Positions 1 to 13,037 of a stretch of DNA of 63,811 nt are shown in pieces (position 1 is the first letter of the stretch; each line of letters starts with the position of its first letter). The notes under the pieces were generated by a model, which saw only the letters and a list, made by a program, of their open reading frames with translations, was not told where the DNA came from and searched no databases. A program made the translations under genes and the position numbers. The DNA lies in contig CDMY01000421.1 of NCBI GenBank assembly GCA_001179505.1, forward strand, positions 16,397-80,207, read 5' to 3'. The DNA is from Vitrella brassicaformis CCMP3155. Lineage: Eukaryota; Protista; Chromerida.

Positions 1-83
1 CCCCCCCCCCCCCCACACACACACACAGAGAGAGAGAGAGGGAGAGAGAGATGCACAGACCATGGTGCTGTCTGTGTGTGCAG

Positions 84-3048
84 GTGCGCGCATCGGCTTG
101 TGGGAGGCGTTGAAGACCAAGTTCAGGGTGGCCTGGGTTGACCCCGGCAGCCCTTCGCTGGGCTTCAAGTACCTTTACCTCACCAAACACGACTATGACG
201 TAAGTCAAGCGTGTGTGCTCGTGCCAGCGAGCCACACAGACACGCGCACACACGCACACACTCTCTCTCTCTCTCTCTGTGTGTCTGTGCCTGTGTCGTC
301 AGTCGGTCCCCCCCGGCACTGTCAATGTGCATCCCGAGTTGGGCGAGGACGGCGAGACCAGATACGTCATCGACGACATAATCGGCGAGGGCCAGTCCAT
401 CGGCGTCGAAAACCTAAGGTGCCGACAGACAGACGGCCGTACGGACATCAGCCCTATCCATCGCACCACTCTCTTTCTTTCTCTCTCTCTCTCTGTCCGT
501 GTGTGTCTGTCTGTGTGGCTGTTGACACACAGGGGTTCCGGCCTGATCGCCGGTGAGACCAGCCGCGCCTACGACGAGACCTTCACGCTCTCCTACGTCA
601 CGGGGCGGTCAGTGGGCATCGGGGCCTACCTCGTGCGGCTCGGCCAGCGCACCATCCAGATGATCAACGGGCCTCTGCTGCTCACAGGATACCAGGTAGG
701 GTGCGTCTGTCGGTCTGCGCAGACCTCTGTGTCTGAAACTGGTCTCTCTCCCTCTCTCTCTCTCCCTGTGTGTGTGTGTGTGTGTGTGTAGGCGTTGAAC
801 AAGCTGCTGGGTAGGGAGGTGTACGCCTCACAGGACCAGCTGGGCGGCCCCCAGATCATGTACCAGAACGGCGTCTCGCACAACGTGGTCGAGAACGACC
901 AGCAGGGCGTCAGGTGTGTACCCACCATCTGACACACACGTGCCACACACGCACCTGTGTGTGTGTGTAGGGAGATCCTCAAGTGGCTTTCTTATGTGCC
1001 CAAGACGGCCAAGGACCTGCCGCCGCCACTCACGAGCGTCGACCCACCGTCGAGAAACGTGGAGTACGTGCCTCCCAGGTACCCACCCCCCCACACCCCC
1101 CCAGCACCCACACACCTGTCTGTGTGTGTGCGGATGGATGGACACAGCACACCGTACGACCCCCGTCACATGCTCGAGGGCACCACCCTCCCCAACGGCA
1201 CCTTCCTCAGCGGCTTCTTCGACAGAGGATCCTTCACCGTAACCCTCTCCTCTCCCCCCCACAACACAGCCCCCCAACAGCACACCCATTCCCATTTGTG
1301 TGCCTGGCCTGTGTGTGTGTGTCTCTGTACAGGAGTACCTTGGTGGGTGGGGTAAGGGAGTGGTGGTGGGCCGCGCGCGGCTGGGTGGGATTCCGATGGG
1401 CTGCATCGCTGTGGAGACGAGGACGGTTGAGGCGCGCATCCCTGCGGACCCCGCCAATCCTGAGTCGAGGGAGGCCGTCATGCCACAGGCCGGACAGGTA
1501 CGTGTCTGTGGCTGGCTGGCTGGCTGGCTGTCTCACTGTCTGTCTGTTGATCACATGGATGGATGGATGGATGTGTGTGTGTGTGTGGCGGGGGACAGGT
1601 GTGGTTCCCCGATAGCGCTTTCAAGACCGCTCAGGTGCGTGTGGGCAGGCAGGGATGGATCAGCTGAGAGAGTGAGATGAGATGAGATGAGATGTGTGTC
1701 GATGTGTGTGCAGGCGATCGAGGACTTCAACCGGGCGGAGAACCTGCCCCTGATCATCTTCGCCAACTGGCGAGGGTTCAGCGGCGGCACCAGAGACATG
1801 TTCGGCGAGATCCTCAAGTTCGGCAGCATGATCGTCGATGCGCTCAGAACCTACCGGTCAGTCCCTCTCTCCCACACACACCCAGAGAAGGCCTACCGCA
1901 ATCGACTGCCATGGTTGCAGCCACCCGGTGTTCATATACATCCCGCCCAACGGGGAGCTCCGCGGCGGTGCCTGGGTGGTGGTGGACCCCACCATCAACG
2001 AGGACAAGATGGAGATGTACGCTGACGTCGACTCGCGCGGAGGCATCCTCGAGCCGCCCGGTACGCGCGAAAAGACCCTCTCACCGCGTGTGTGTGAGCA
2101 CCTTGATGTGTCGGTTGGGGTGGGTGTAGGCATCTGTGAGGTGAAGTTCCGGTCGGCCGATCAGATCGACCTGATGCACCGGCTTGACCCTGAGCTGAGG
2201 GAGCTGGACAAACAGCTGGAAGACTGCATGGTACGCATCACGCAGGGAGGGAGAGAGAGGGAGAGAGGGAGAGAGGTGTGTGCGTGTGTGTGCGTGGTTG
2301 ATTGTATGTGTGTGTATGGTTAGGTGGACAGCGACGCGCTTGATCTGAAGGCAAAGATCAAGAAGAGGGAGGACGCACTCATCCCCCTCTACCTCCAGCT
2401 GGCACACTCATACGCCGTATGCCGAACCACAACACAGCGCACCCACACGCTCGACGTGTGCCCCTCCGTGTGTGTGTGTGTGTGTGTGCGATCGACGACC
2501 GACAGGATCTGCACGACCGCGCCGGTCGCATGAAGGCCAAGGGTGTGATCCGCGATGCCCTCTCCTGGCCCCGCAGCCGCGACTTCTTCTACTGGCGCAC
2601 ACGAAGGAGGATGGCCGAAGACGCCATCCAGTGAGCGACCCGACCGATCTGACCGTCTGTCTCCACACATGGCTGGATGGATGGATGCGTGTGTGTATCA
2701 ATCAACAGAGACAGGGTGAGGAGGGTGCATGAGGCGCCGCTCGACAAGCCGGTTGACGAGGCCTTCGCCGACCTGCTGACGAGCAACGGTGTCGACCCCA
2801 ACGACGACAAGGCCGTCGCGGCATTCATCGAAAGTGCGCACATTCCCCCCCTCCCATCGCACACAGATGGGCAGGCCTCTACACACCTTCTCTCTCTTTC
2901 TCTCTGCGTGCGTGTGTGTCTCACAGGTGACAGCCCGCCTTTGCAGCAATGGCTGGATGAGTCAATAAAGAAGGCCGTCCTGCTGAAGACGGTAGACCTG
3001 CTGGAGCAACACGGGCAGCAGGACCTCATCGCACGGCTCAAGCCATGA
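84..3048 (+). CDS. ACC: Acetyl-CoA carboxylase, C-terminal carboxyltransferase region (5'-partial, about 15 exons in window)
   Basis: Spliced exons give [68 protein letters not shown] and [16 protein letters not shown], all typical of eukaryotic multidomain ACC. The exon phases join. Stop TGA at 3046-3048. Confidence 0.97.
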
Positions 3049-4240
3049 CTGACTGACTGACTGATCGGCCGACTGCATGACGTGGGCACACGCGACACGC
3101 CGCACGAGTGCGTGTGTGTGTGGCGTGTGTGTGTATTTGTTAACTATTGCGATCTGTGTGCATGTCTGTCTGTCTGTGTGGAAACTCTCTGTGTGCCTGC
3201 GTGTGTGTGTGTGTGTGGGTGTGCGTGGGTGTGTGAGAGAGAGGGGGGTGGGGACATTTGAATCGGTCAATCGCAGAGAGAGGGATGGAGGGATGGAGGG
3301 AGGGAGATGTAGAGAGGTTTTTTCACCCACCCACCCACACACACACATGCACGCATCCACTCACACACATGAATGTGATCGCATCGCAGCGCGTCAGTGT
3401 GTGAGTGGGGAGGTGAGTGGCTGGGTGAGTGCGTCACTCGCTGGCTGCCTGAAATCAATAAGGGGCAGATTTTGTCCAGCCGAGCGACGCATTCACCCAC
3501 ACGCCCACTGCACACGCACGCCCGCACACATCTGGCTAGACAGACACACACGGCATTTTTTCTGCCTCCTTCCCCCTGCGTGTCTCTCTTGAGCTTTCAT
3601 TTTGTCACTCACAGGTGCAGAGAAGGGCCTGGCCTGCATGACGGCCCCCTCGACATACATACCTGGTATGTATCACTTTCTAGCAATGCCCCCACCTGAT
3701 GGCGCGCGTGAGCGTGCGAATGCATGTTCAGTCCGTCGTGTGAAATGCATGTCTCTGTCTGTCTCCAGCAGCCCTTCATGTGATTGATGTGCCCATTGTA
3801 TGTTTGTATCTCTCGTGAGTGCCCTCTCATACCGTAGGACGGACATACTAGAGAGGACGGCCGGCCCCGCACTGCAGCCGCACACGCAGCTGGCCACATG
3901 CAGCACCAGCACAGCCACAGGATTGAGGATAGAGACTTAGGCCGTACTTCTCACTCACTCCACCTATGCTATGCGTGTGTGGTCGGTATGTATGCCTCGA
4001 CAGACAGACAGACAGACAGACGCGCTCGAGAGACCAGTCAAGTGACGACGATGAATTCTTTGTCGCTCGCGACTAGGGACTGTGAGAGACATCCGTCCGT
4101 CGTGTCAAATAATGTCTGTGAAGTCTCTCTCGGCATGTCTGATCTCCATTAAAGCTCGCACCACACACATATGACCACACACACACACCCTCGCACACGC
4201 ACGCAACACACGGATGCGTGGATGTCTCTCACATATTGAT

Positions 4241-5075
4241 TCACGCGCCCATGTCTTGGAGAACTGCCAGAGTCGACTGCGCATGGCCCCCCTTGACACG
4301 CACATAGACCTCCTTGAGCTTCGCCAGCGCCATCTTGGTCAGCACGCGAGCCGTGTGCTCCTCACGAGTGCTGCTGCTCTGTGTGGTGGATGGGGTGACG
4401 CTCTGTGTGGCGGGGCTGTTGGCCGCCGATGACGACCCATGGCCGTCTTTCCTTTTGCTACTGGTGGGGGGCTTGTCCGTGGCTGGTGATGCTGCCGATG
4501 AAGCGATGGGGAAGACTTTGCTGCCGTGCAGCTGCTCGTTGGCCTGTGGGTCCACCCACACACACACACGCATGGCACACACATCGGTGTGTGTGTGGGT
4601 ATGTGAGGCGGTGACTTACGAGGAGTATGCCCCAGAGTGCCCGTGTGTTGCGGTCGTCCATCTCGAGGGCGAAGCAGTAGTACTTGCGGGACAGCTCGTA
4701 CTCACCTGTGGCGTACAACAGCTGCACACGTCCACCCAATGCACACACGCCACCACACACACACACAGAGGGAAATGAGCGTCCAGAATGTGTGTGTGTG
4801 TGCATTGGCAGGCGCGTACCTCTGCGTAAGTGATGACGTAGTAGGGGTTGCGGTGGTCGTACATCACCAGCTCCTCAAAACAAAACGTCGCCTTGCTCAA
4901 ACTGACACACCAATGATTGGTGCGTTCACACAGCACACTAGTGAGTAACCATGAGTGCAGCTGAGTGTGGCGGTCTCACTGACCAGTTGTCGCTGATGTA
5001 GATCTCGCCCAGCTCGTGCCACGCCTCAGTGTCTGTCACAAACTCCTCAAGATACCTGCAACCGATCACAGATAT

Positions 5076-5116
<41 letters not shown>

Positions 5117-5893
5117 GATGGCTGTCACGTGTGTACTATGAGTCACACGGGCTCACTTGTTGAGGTAGTCGACGCACTCGGCCATCCTCCGCTGCCCCTT
5201 GTACAGCGCTATGAACCGCTTCCGCGTCAGCTACACACACACATACACAGGCGGCATGAAGGAACGATCGCCCGTGAGTGTCTCATTCATCTCTCCCCCA
5301 CCATGTCTTCCGGCTTCTCCTCGAGTATCTTCTGGTAGATTTGTTTGGCGCCCTGGTAGTCTCCCTGGGCCTCCTTGACCATGCCCTCCAGCCGACGCAG
5401 CCGAATGCTGCCCGCAAACTTGGACCGCAGGGCTGACATGCAGTACTGACCAACGGAAACAACACACAGACAGACAGACAGACAGACGTGTGTGCCGGCC
5501 GGCACTCACAAAAATGCGCAGACGTACGTCGATCCATTGTCTGTGCCCCATGTCGCAGGCAGCCAGCAGCACGTGCTCCAGAATCGTGTACACTGTGACA
5601 TACACAAACACACACCACATCCCGCGGTGCATCGATATGATATGTGTGGGCAAGATCTCCCCCTCTCTGTGTGCGCCCACGTTCGTCGTGCAGCCTGTTG
5701 GAGTATCGCCGCAGCAGCTGAGATCCATACCGCAAGATCTCATCCGGACGCCTGCACGCCACGCAGACACCGCCAACAAACAAGGATGAGGCGCCTGTGC
5801 AGAGTGACGCCACTCCCACTCACACCCTCACCGTGTGCTCATGCGCTCCTTGAGTTTCCGCAGCAGCGTCATCTGCGTGCCCGCCTCATCCAT
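4241..5893 (-). CDS. EMC2: ER membrane protein complex subunit 2 (TPR protein)
   Basis: MDEAGTQ start at 5893. Exons encode ILEHVLLAACDMG, SKFAGSIRLRRLEGMVKEAQGDYQGAKQIYQKILEEKPED, EAWHELGEIY, KATFCFEELL and SRKYYCFALEMDDRNTRALWGILL, matching the EMC2/TTC35 TPR pattern. Confidence 0.9.
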
Positions 5894-6421
5894 CTCGCCG
5901 ACACCCAACAGCCAGCAGGCCTGTGCTGATGCCCTGTCCTTCAGTAGAATGGCAATTGAACGTGACCGTAGCAAAGGTGCATAGATCCTCTTTCTACTCT
6001 GCCTCTCCCCTGCAGCTTCCCTGCCGGAGAGCGATTTCACGGAATGCCCTAAGCAACCTGACAGCCAAGTCCCATGTCTTTCACGCACAATCAAACGACG
6101 ACACGCAACAGGAATCACCCACGCACGCTCCACATGCACAGAGGAACCTAAGGAACACACTCACGAGGCCTCCAGGCCGAAACCCACGGCCGTTCGCTGA
6201 ATACGAGTCGTTTACTGGACTAAGTCGTAGATCTGGCCGAGTCGCTCCTGAGATGCGCCACCCCGAGCCTCCCCCACGCCGCAGCTTCCCTGACATGCGA
6301 GCTCAAAATGCAGGTTGCGAATCTGTCGACTGCTTTGTCGTGGCTCGCTGCTATGTGGTGTGTCTGACCGCCACCTGCACTGCTGCAGTAGCCTGGATCT
6401 GCCGGGGCTTGACTCAAATCA

Positions 6422-7862
6422 ATGTGGTGCGTGCGATGGAGGCCAAGGCGGCAGCTGCTGCTGCGGTGGATGCTGATCAGCCTCGTCATGCCGCTCATCA
6501 ACGCTCTCTTGCGGATGCCATCTCTGCTGCAAAGAGAGCACTCAGGTAAGAGGCACTCATTGATGTACCTCCAAGTTCCTCACTCTCTCTGTGTTGCGCA
6601 TGCAGTGCGCAAGGTGTCCAAAAGGCGGCAGACCGTCACGCATTCAACGCATCATTGGAGTGGAGGCAGCTCCATGGACAGGCGGAGGCACCACATGCAT
6701 GCAGCCGTATCAGCAGCAGCGGGTGGCCTCTTCTCTGCCGTCCTCCCATCCCGTGCTGCTGCCGCTGCTACCACTCTGCGTGACCGACTGGACTCCGCTT
6801 CCCTCTTGGTGCCTTCCCTCTTCACGCTGGGTCCGGGGCAGCGTATGTTGTATGTGCCGGAGTGGCTGTTTGGGACATTCACGACCACCATGCGCTTCAT
6901 GGCAAGGTGAGGATGAGATGAGATGGCACATACGTGGGCAAATGTGTGATTCCTGTGTGTTGGATGGATGGGTGGGTGTGTGGATGGGTACAGGGACTAT
7001 CCACTGGGCGATGAGTATGTGCCCGACTACCTAAGAAGGGCGGCCGTCGAGCAAAAAGGCGACATACACACATACATGCAAAGGTGAGTGAGGTCCATCC
7101 ATCCACACACACAGAGAGGCCACATCCATATATGTGACCCACAGGTTCTACGGCACCATCCCCGACACGTTCGACAACAAACTGAAGACCACCCTCGGCC
7201 AGCTGCCCAAGAGCGCCATCGTTCCCGATCTCGCATTCAACGTCAAGGCGGCGCAGGACTCTTTCTCCGGCTACAGTGCGGTCGATAATGTCGACTGGGA
7301 CATCCGGAACAACCCAGGCAGATACACCATCAACTTCGCAAGGGTGCGTGATGGACGAATGGCAGACAGACACACACTCCCCCCCGCTCTGTGTGTGTGT
7401 GTGTGTAGATTGGCCCCGATATGCGGCCTTTACCGCCTCGCAGGAAGGAAGTGTTCATCAACGGTATCCGCACATCAGACATATCATCGGCACAAGACAG
7501 CAGCAATGACGTCTTCGTCACATCGGAGTTCACTCGCGTCGTCTCCCTCGGTGAGTGCGCCACACACCACATGGGCGCCTTGTGTGCATAATCGTGTGAG
7601 TGCAGGTGTGCGTCTCGTCACAGCAACCGACGTCGAGACCCTCACAGAGTACGTTCACGAGAGGGATGGGCGTGTGGTTGGGCGTCAGCGGCTGGCGGTG
7701 TACCTGACGCCAAACCCCAACAACAGAGAGGGCAGTCTGTTCTTCCAGACAGGCGGCAAGGCCGTGGCTTTGTACGACTATGCCTTTGAGATGGAGAGGA
7801 CGGCTGACAGGTGTGTGGTGACGCCCAAGCAGGTGGTGCAGTGCATTGCAGAAGATATATAG
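6422..7862 (+). CDS. DUF6816-like protein with putative signal + transit + twin-Arg leader (plastid/thylakoid)
   Basis: Exon 1 (RWMLISLVMPLINA hydrophobic stretch) joins in phase 1 (donor after 6545, acceptor 6605) to a Ser/Arg-rich segment and DRRR...SRAAAA. The mature part has VPDLAFNVKAA, NNPGRYTINF, VTSEFTR and QRLAVYLTPNP...VALYDYAFEMER, resembling the cyanobacterial/algal DUF6816 family (recognised from memory). Confidence 0.6.
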
Positions 7863-8882
7863 CCACACACACAGACAGGCAGATATATGGCGCGTGTAAA
7901 GAGGTGGATACTGGGCTGATGTGGCTGGATGGGTGTCCGTGTGTGTTGGTGCGCTGACTGTAGAGTAGCGAGTGGCCCCGTGACACATTGAGTGGGCGTC
8001 ATCACTCTTTGTGTCAGGTGGCCATCGAGCAGCCGACAGGCGGCACACAACACACGCCATGCAGCACATAAAGGAAAGAAGAGGCAGCTGCTTGTTTCTT
8101 TATTTCATGGCACTTTCAGACCTCTCTATCGCTCAGACCTCTCTGCCGCTGCGTGTGTGCCGACTCGTGTGCGCATCGATGGATGTGTAAATAATCATTT
8201 GCGCCTCTTGGCGGTGGTCTTCTTGCCTCTTTCTCGACAGACACAACTGGAGAGTTCGCATCTGTTGCAGGTTAATTTTTTATGACGGCATCGGGGGATG
8301 AGCCCGTGCTTCGCCGATCAGCTGCTTTCCGTTTACATCGTGACTCAACCTCGCCAAGCAAACTCGCCTTTTCGTCGCAAAACACCGTCAGAATGGTTCA
8401 TCTCAGGACAATGTCATGACAAACAAAATGTCTGTATTTCTCCGTTCATTCACAGAGAGGTTCTTCGTCATCTTGCGGTCATTTTGAGCCATGAATGGTC
8501 GGTTTGGATGGCTGATTTGAGTCTCTTTGGGAGGTGACCCGGTTATCCGGTCCGTTTTTGATTGTGTACAGAGTGATTCAGCCCAGCTGACCCACATACG
8601 CAACTGACCCGCTTATAAGGTCCGGACTGTAGCTTTGGAAGGGTGAAGGCGTTTGTGTAGGCGTATAGAGACGTCCCTTGACGGATGGCTGCGCAGGCAA
8701 CGAGCAGAAACACTGCTCTCCAAGCAGAGCAGAGCAAGCCAAGTCCCCCTTACCCCCACCCACAATCTCCCCCAAACCAGTCCACTTCATCCCCATCATC
8801 AACCCCTAATACTCTACACCTCACCCCACCGACCACACACACACGGCATACACACCAGCGGTGTGCTATGGGCTATGGTGTA

Positions 8883-9706
8883 TTATGTGGGCCCGTTCAT
8901 GAGGCCCTCCTCCATCGCTGCCGCCGATGCGTCCAAGGCAGGCGGACCTCCACCGGCACTAGCGCCCATGGCCACGGCACTGCCGCCGCTGCCGCCGCCG
9001 CCCAAGACGCCTACACGACCACACACACACACAGAGAGACAGAGAGAGACACAGACAGAGATGGAAGCACCCCCGACACAACCCTCCCCAGCCTCCCTCC
9101 TCACCAGGCTCTCTCATACTGCTGTCGCTGTCAGACGGGCCGGCTGCTGCTGCTGCTGCTGCTGCTGCCGCAGATGCAGAGGACGCTTGGTTGTTGTTGT
9201 TGTTGTTGTCACCGTCCTCCAAATTCTCCTGAAAGCGTCACACGTGAATGACACAATCGCCGGGTGGGTGTCTTGTTCGTCCGAGGGGAGGAGTCTCACT
9301 GGCTCACCCAGCTGCCTTCGACGCATTTGGCGACCCGCCGGTTGTACTCCCTCCGGTTCTCTGAGAACAGCTGAGCTGCCTCCTGCACACACATGGACAC
9401 ACACACATGGTGACGCCCACCCCACCCACAGCCACAAACCAGGCCTGTCTCTGTCGGTCGGTGTGGTTGGGGCTGTCAAGACGGTTTACCACATTGGCGG
9501 GCGAGTTGGGGTTGGGGTCTGACAGGAGCGACTGCAACACACACACACACACACACACACGCAGACGCACTCATGCAGGGAGGGATGCACTCGTGTGTGT
9601 GTGTGAGGATGCACTGACCTGGATGGATGTGAGGATGGCCGACACGTCGTAGATGGGGCTCCACTGGTTCTGCAGTATGTCCAGGCAGATCTGCCCGTCC
9701 GCATAC

Positions 9707-9738
<32 letters not shown>

Positions 9739-9966
9739 GTCAGTGACACACAACACAGCTGCTGGGCGCCGTGCGTTCGCACGCACCGTTAGGATGGAAC
9801 ATTTTGGTGGAGAACATGACTGTCGGCGGTTTGTTTGGGTAGTCCTCGGTGAACTTGAAGTCGAGCTGGAACGTACCCCCCTCCCAAGGCGTGTCCTCGG
9901 GCCTTCAACACACAATGCCCCCCACACACGGCCGTGTGTGCATCTTTATCTCCCTCCCCCGCCCGA

Positions 9967-10004
<38 letters not shown>

Positions 10005-10233
10005 TGCCTGGCGTACCCGAAGATGACGGCGTGCCAGTGCATGATGTCCCCGTCGAGGGGCGCACCCGACACGCCGTGTGGGGGGTCATTGCTGATCTTC
10101 TTGAAGTCGCGAATCAAACGCCGCCGCTGAGATATATGTGAGAGAGAGCAACACACACACAACAGAGAGTGGTGGCGAAGGACTGATGTGTCGGGGGGAG
10201 GGAGGGTGGGGTCTTTACAGCGTATGTCGCCAT
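8883..10233 (-). CDS. UBC2: Ubiquitin-conjugating enzyme E2 (RAD6/UBC2) with low-complexity C-terminal tail
   Basis: MATYA|[18 protein letters not shown]|[15 protein letters not shown]|[30 protein letters not shown]|[30 protein letters not shown]. Two further exons add a poly-N/A/G tail. Stop TAA at 8883-8885. Confidence 0.96.
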
Positions 10234-10532
10234 CCTCGATACGCAGATGCTTCTTGTGCGTACGCTTGACGCCCTCTTGACAATTTGTGCGGTCGTACAC
10301 ACCCACACAGTCGAGTCGTGTAGACAGACGCCTCTACCAACGCAACGCAACCAACTCTGTGCTATCAACAGAGGCAACAGACTGACGTGCTCTTAACTGC
10401 TGCCAACACACCAAAACCCGACGATCTATTTGCGAGCTCGGAGAGGAGGAAGGCGAGAAGCAGCGTGGCACCACAAAAGCAGCTTCACACCCATCCGTCC
10501 GCCCATCCATTCATCGGTCAAGATCAGTCCTG

Positions 10533-10628
10533 ATGAGTTTTCGCGGCCGAGGTGGAAGAGGAGCTCGGTCAGTCAGCAAATCAATCAACGTGACGATACA
10601 TGGACGGCATCCACACACTGCCCTCGCC

Positions 10629-10660
<32 letters not shown>

Positions 10661-11662
10661 GACTCATTGCATCTTTCTCAGGGGAGGCAGAGGTGGCTCT
10701 GACAGAGGCGGCGGTTTCCGCGGCCGAGGAAGGGGCCGGGGCGGAGGGGGCTACCAGCCCTCAGGACCTCCCAGCGAGATACAGGCAAGTACCAAAACAG
10801 ACAGCACAGCCATCCACACACAGAGGTCGGTTGGGTGTGCGTCTGTCTGCAGGAGTTGGGTGTGTTTCTGCATCCGTGTGAGGGCGAGTTGGTGTGCCAG
10901 AGCAGCCTGGCGCAGCGGGTGGCCTACTTCAACGGCCGGGTCTTCCTCGAGAATAAGGAGGAGATCGGCAAGGTCGACGAGATACTCGGACCTATCAACC
11001 AGGTCGGTGTCGGTCGACCCCTGAGGTGTTGATCGATGCACATAACACGACAGACACTGGTGCGTGGCTGATGGACGGACATGTGTGTCTGTGTGTCAGT
11101 CTTTCTTCTCGGTCAAGTTGGCAGAGGGCATGGTGGCCACCTCCTTCGCGCCAAACACCAAGGTCTGTCTGCCTGCCGGCCTGCCTGTCTGTCTGTGCCT
11201 GCCCCCTCGTCCACCCATTCGGCTGTCCTTATGCGCAGGTGTTCATCGACCCCCAGCAGACTCTGCCGCTAGAGCGGTTCCTTTCCAAACCCCCAATACA
11301 GAAGGGGCAGAAGAAGCCAAAGTCACAAGGTACCCCCCCTCCCCGCCGTACACCCACACTCCAACCTGCCTCTCCGCTGCCTGTGGACAGATGGATCTTC
11401 GCGTGGAGGCAGGGGCGGCCGCGGCGGGTCTTTTCGGGGCCGAGGGGGCGACAGAGGCTCGTTCAGGGGCAGAGGGGGCAGGTACGCCCACGACCCACCT
11501 CACTCATCCACTCACAAGCATCCACTGCATGGTCTGTCTGTCTGTCTGTCCAGCGGCTCACGAGGGAGGGGCGGTCGGGGCGGCTTTGACAGAGGTGGTG
11601 GGTCATTCCGCGGGCGGGGTGGTGGGGGAGGGTCGTTCAGGGGCAGGGGCAGGGGCGGGTAG
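10533..11662 (+). CDS. GAR1: H/ACA snoRNP subunit GAR1
   Basis: RGG-rich ends flank the core [11 protein letters not shown]...[28 protein letters not shown]...FFSVKL...[15 protein letters not shown]. Stop TAG at 11660-11662. Confidence 0.95.
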
Positions 11663-12219
11663 ATTGGCATTCATTCATTCAGACAGACGCAGAAAGAGAT
11701 GCACCGATGGCTGGATGCTATTAGTGACAGACCGAGAGAGGGAGAGAGGGAGCCTTGTGAATGGGTGAGTGTGGCTGCCTGCACGGCGAGTAGTGGCGGG
11801 GGCTGAGGTTGTCCTGTTGCGCTGTCAGCAGCAGCTGCATCATAGAGAAGTGAAGAGAGCAAGGCAGACCTACAAGCACCTTTCTCTATGCGTGACGAGA
11901 CGCTCATAAATGTGTGCCAGCCGGGGGATATCTCGCCCTCTAAAGTAGCTCGGAAGGCCTACACTGCCCGCACATAATATCAATATGACAACAGCAAACT
12001 CAGCAAACTGGACGTTGGAGCGAGAGTCGCGAAGATCCCGTGAGCTCGCGATCGAACGCCCAATTCCCGACTGAAATCCTGTTTCTGAGCCCACTTACGG
12101 CTCTCAGACCGTCCCCTGTCTGCGCGTGCTGTCCCTGTCCCCCTGTGCAACAACTTGACCGCTTCAGGCGAGACGGCATACCTTGGGGCTCAGCCGTCTC
12201 CTTCGTGTTTCATTGCAGG

Positions 12220-13037
12220 ATGGTGGCTAAAGCGGCGTCGACTGCTGCAGCCCTTGTGCTGCTGCTGGTACTGGCGGCATCTGTCAGCGTGTGCGCCTCT
12301 GCGACGCACTTCAAGGGCGCCAACCCGCTCAAGGGTGTGACTGACCCACAGGATGTCTCCAGCCTTGATTTCATTGGGCTGTGTGTATGTTTCTCCGATA
12401 CCTGCCAGGTGGGACTCTCAGCATGGCGGCCGTCGGTGTGAACGGCACACAGCCTCGCGACCCCTGCAACACAATGGTAAACGACCAGAAGTGCCGTTAC
12501 GTCGACACCTCGGGAGAAACGACGTGCGGCAAGCACCCCGACCTCGGGTACAAGTGCAAGTGCACCGACGGCAGCTGCAAGACCCCGGTGCGCACACACA
12601 CTCGCATATCACACACAATGAGCATCATGTCTCTGGCTGGGTACATACCCGTCGTCTCTACTTCGCCAGGCTGCCTACAAACACCTCCTCACCGATACGT
12701 CCGCTGCCGAGCCCCCGGCCACCCGCACGGCTGCCACCCGCACTGCCAGTCGCCCTGCCACCTCCCAGCAGCCCGCCCAGCAGCGCCAGCGAAGGACTGG
12801 CGCCACAGCTCTCACGGTCAACGAGCAGCTGGAGAAAGAAGAGGCGTGTAAGTCTTACACGCAGAAGTGCCGCCGGGCGAGTCCAGGCCAAAGTGCGGCA
12901 CTTACCACGGATACACGTGCACATGCAACGAGGGCGGATACTGCGTGGTATGTAGGAGGGCGAATCACCACCACTATAAACGGTCTCACTGTCTCTCATG
13001 CAATGTGTCGCGGGTGTGTGTGTGTATGGTGCAGTGA
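12220..13037 (+). CDS. Small secreted protein with two 6-Cys (EGF-like) repeats; apparent 1-nt frameshift in repeat 2
   Basis: Signal peptide MVAKAASTAAALVLLLVLAASVSVCASA. Repeat 1 is PCNTMVNDQKCRYVDTSGETTCGKHPDLGYKCKCTDGSC. Repeat 2 is ACKSYTQKC/PGESRPKCGTYHGYTCTCNEGGYCV and needs one extra base at 12870-12872. Confidence 0.65.

Noticed and set aside
3615-3665. Exon-like 51-nt segment (cag|GTGCAG...CCTG|gtatgt) downstream of ACC
   Set aside because: No partner exons or recognisable peptide could be linked. It may be a UTR exon or chance.
5923-6549. 208-aa ORF as exon 1 of the DUF6816-like gene
   Set aside because: Its phase at the 6545 donor leads to a stop in the next exon. The 6422 frame joins correctly.
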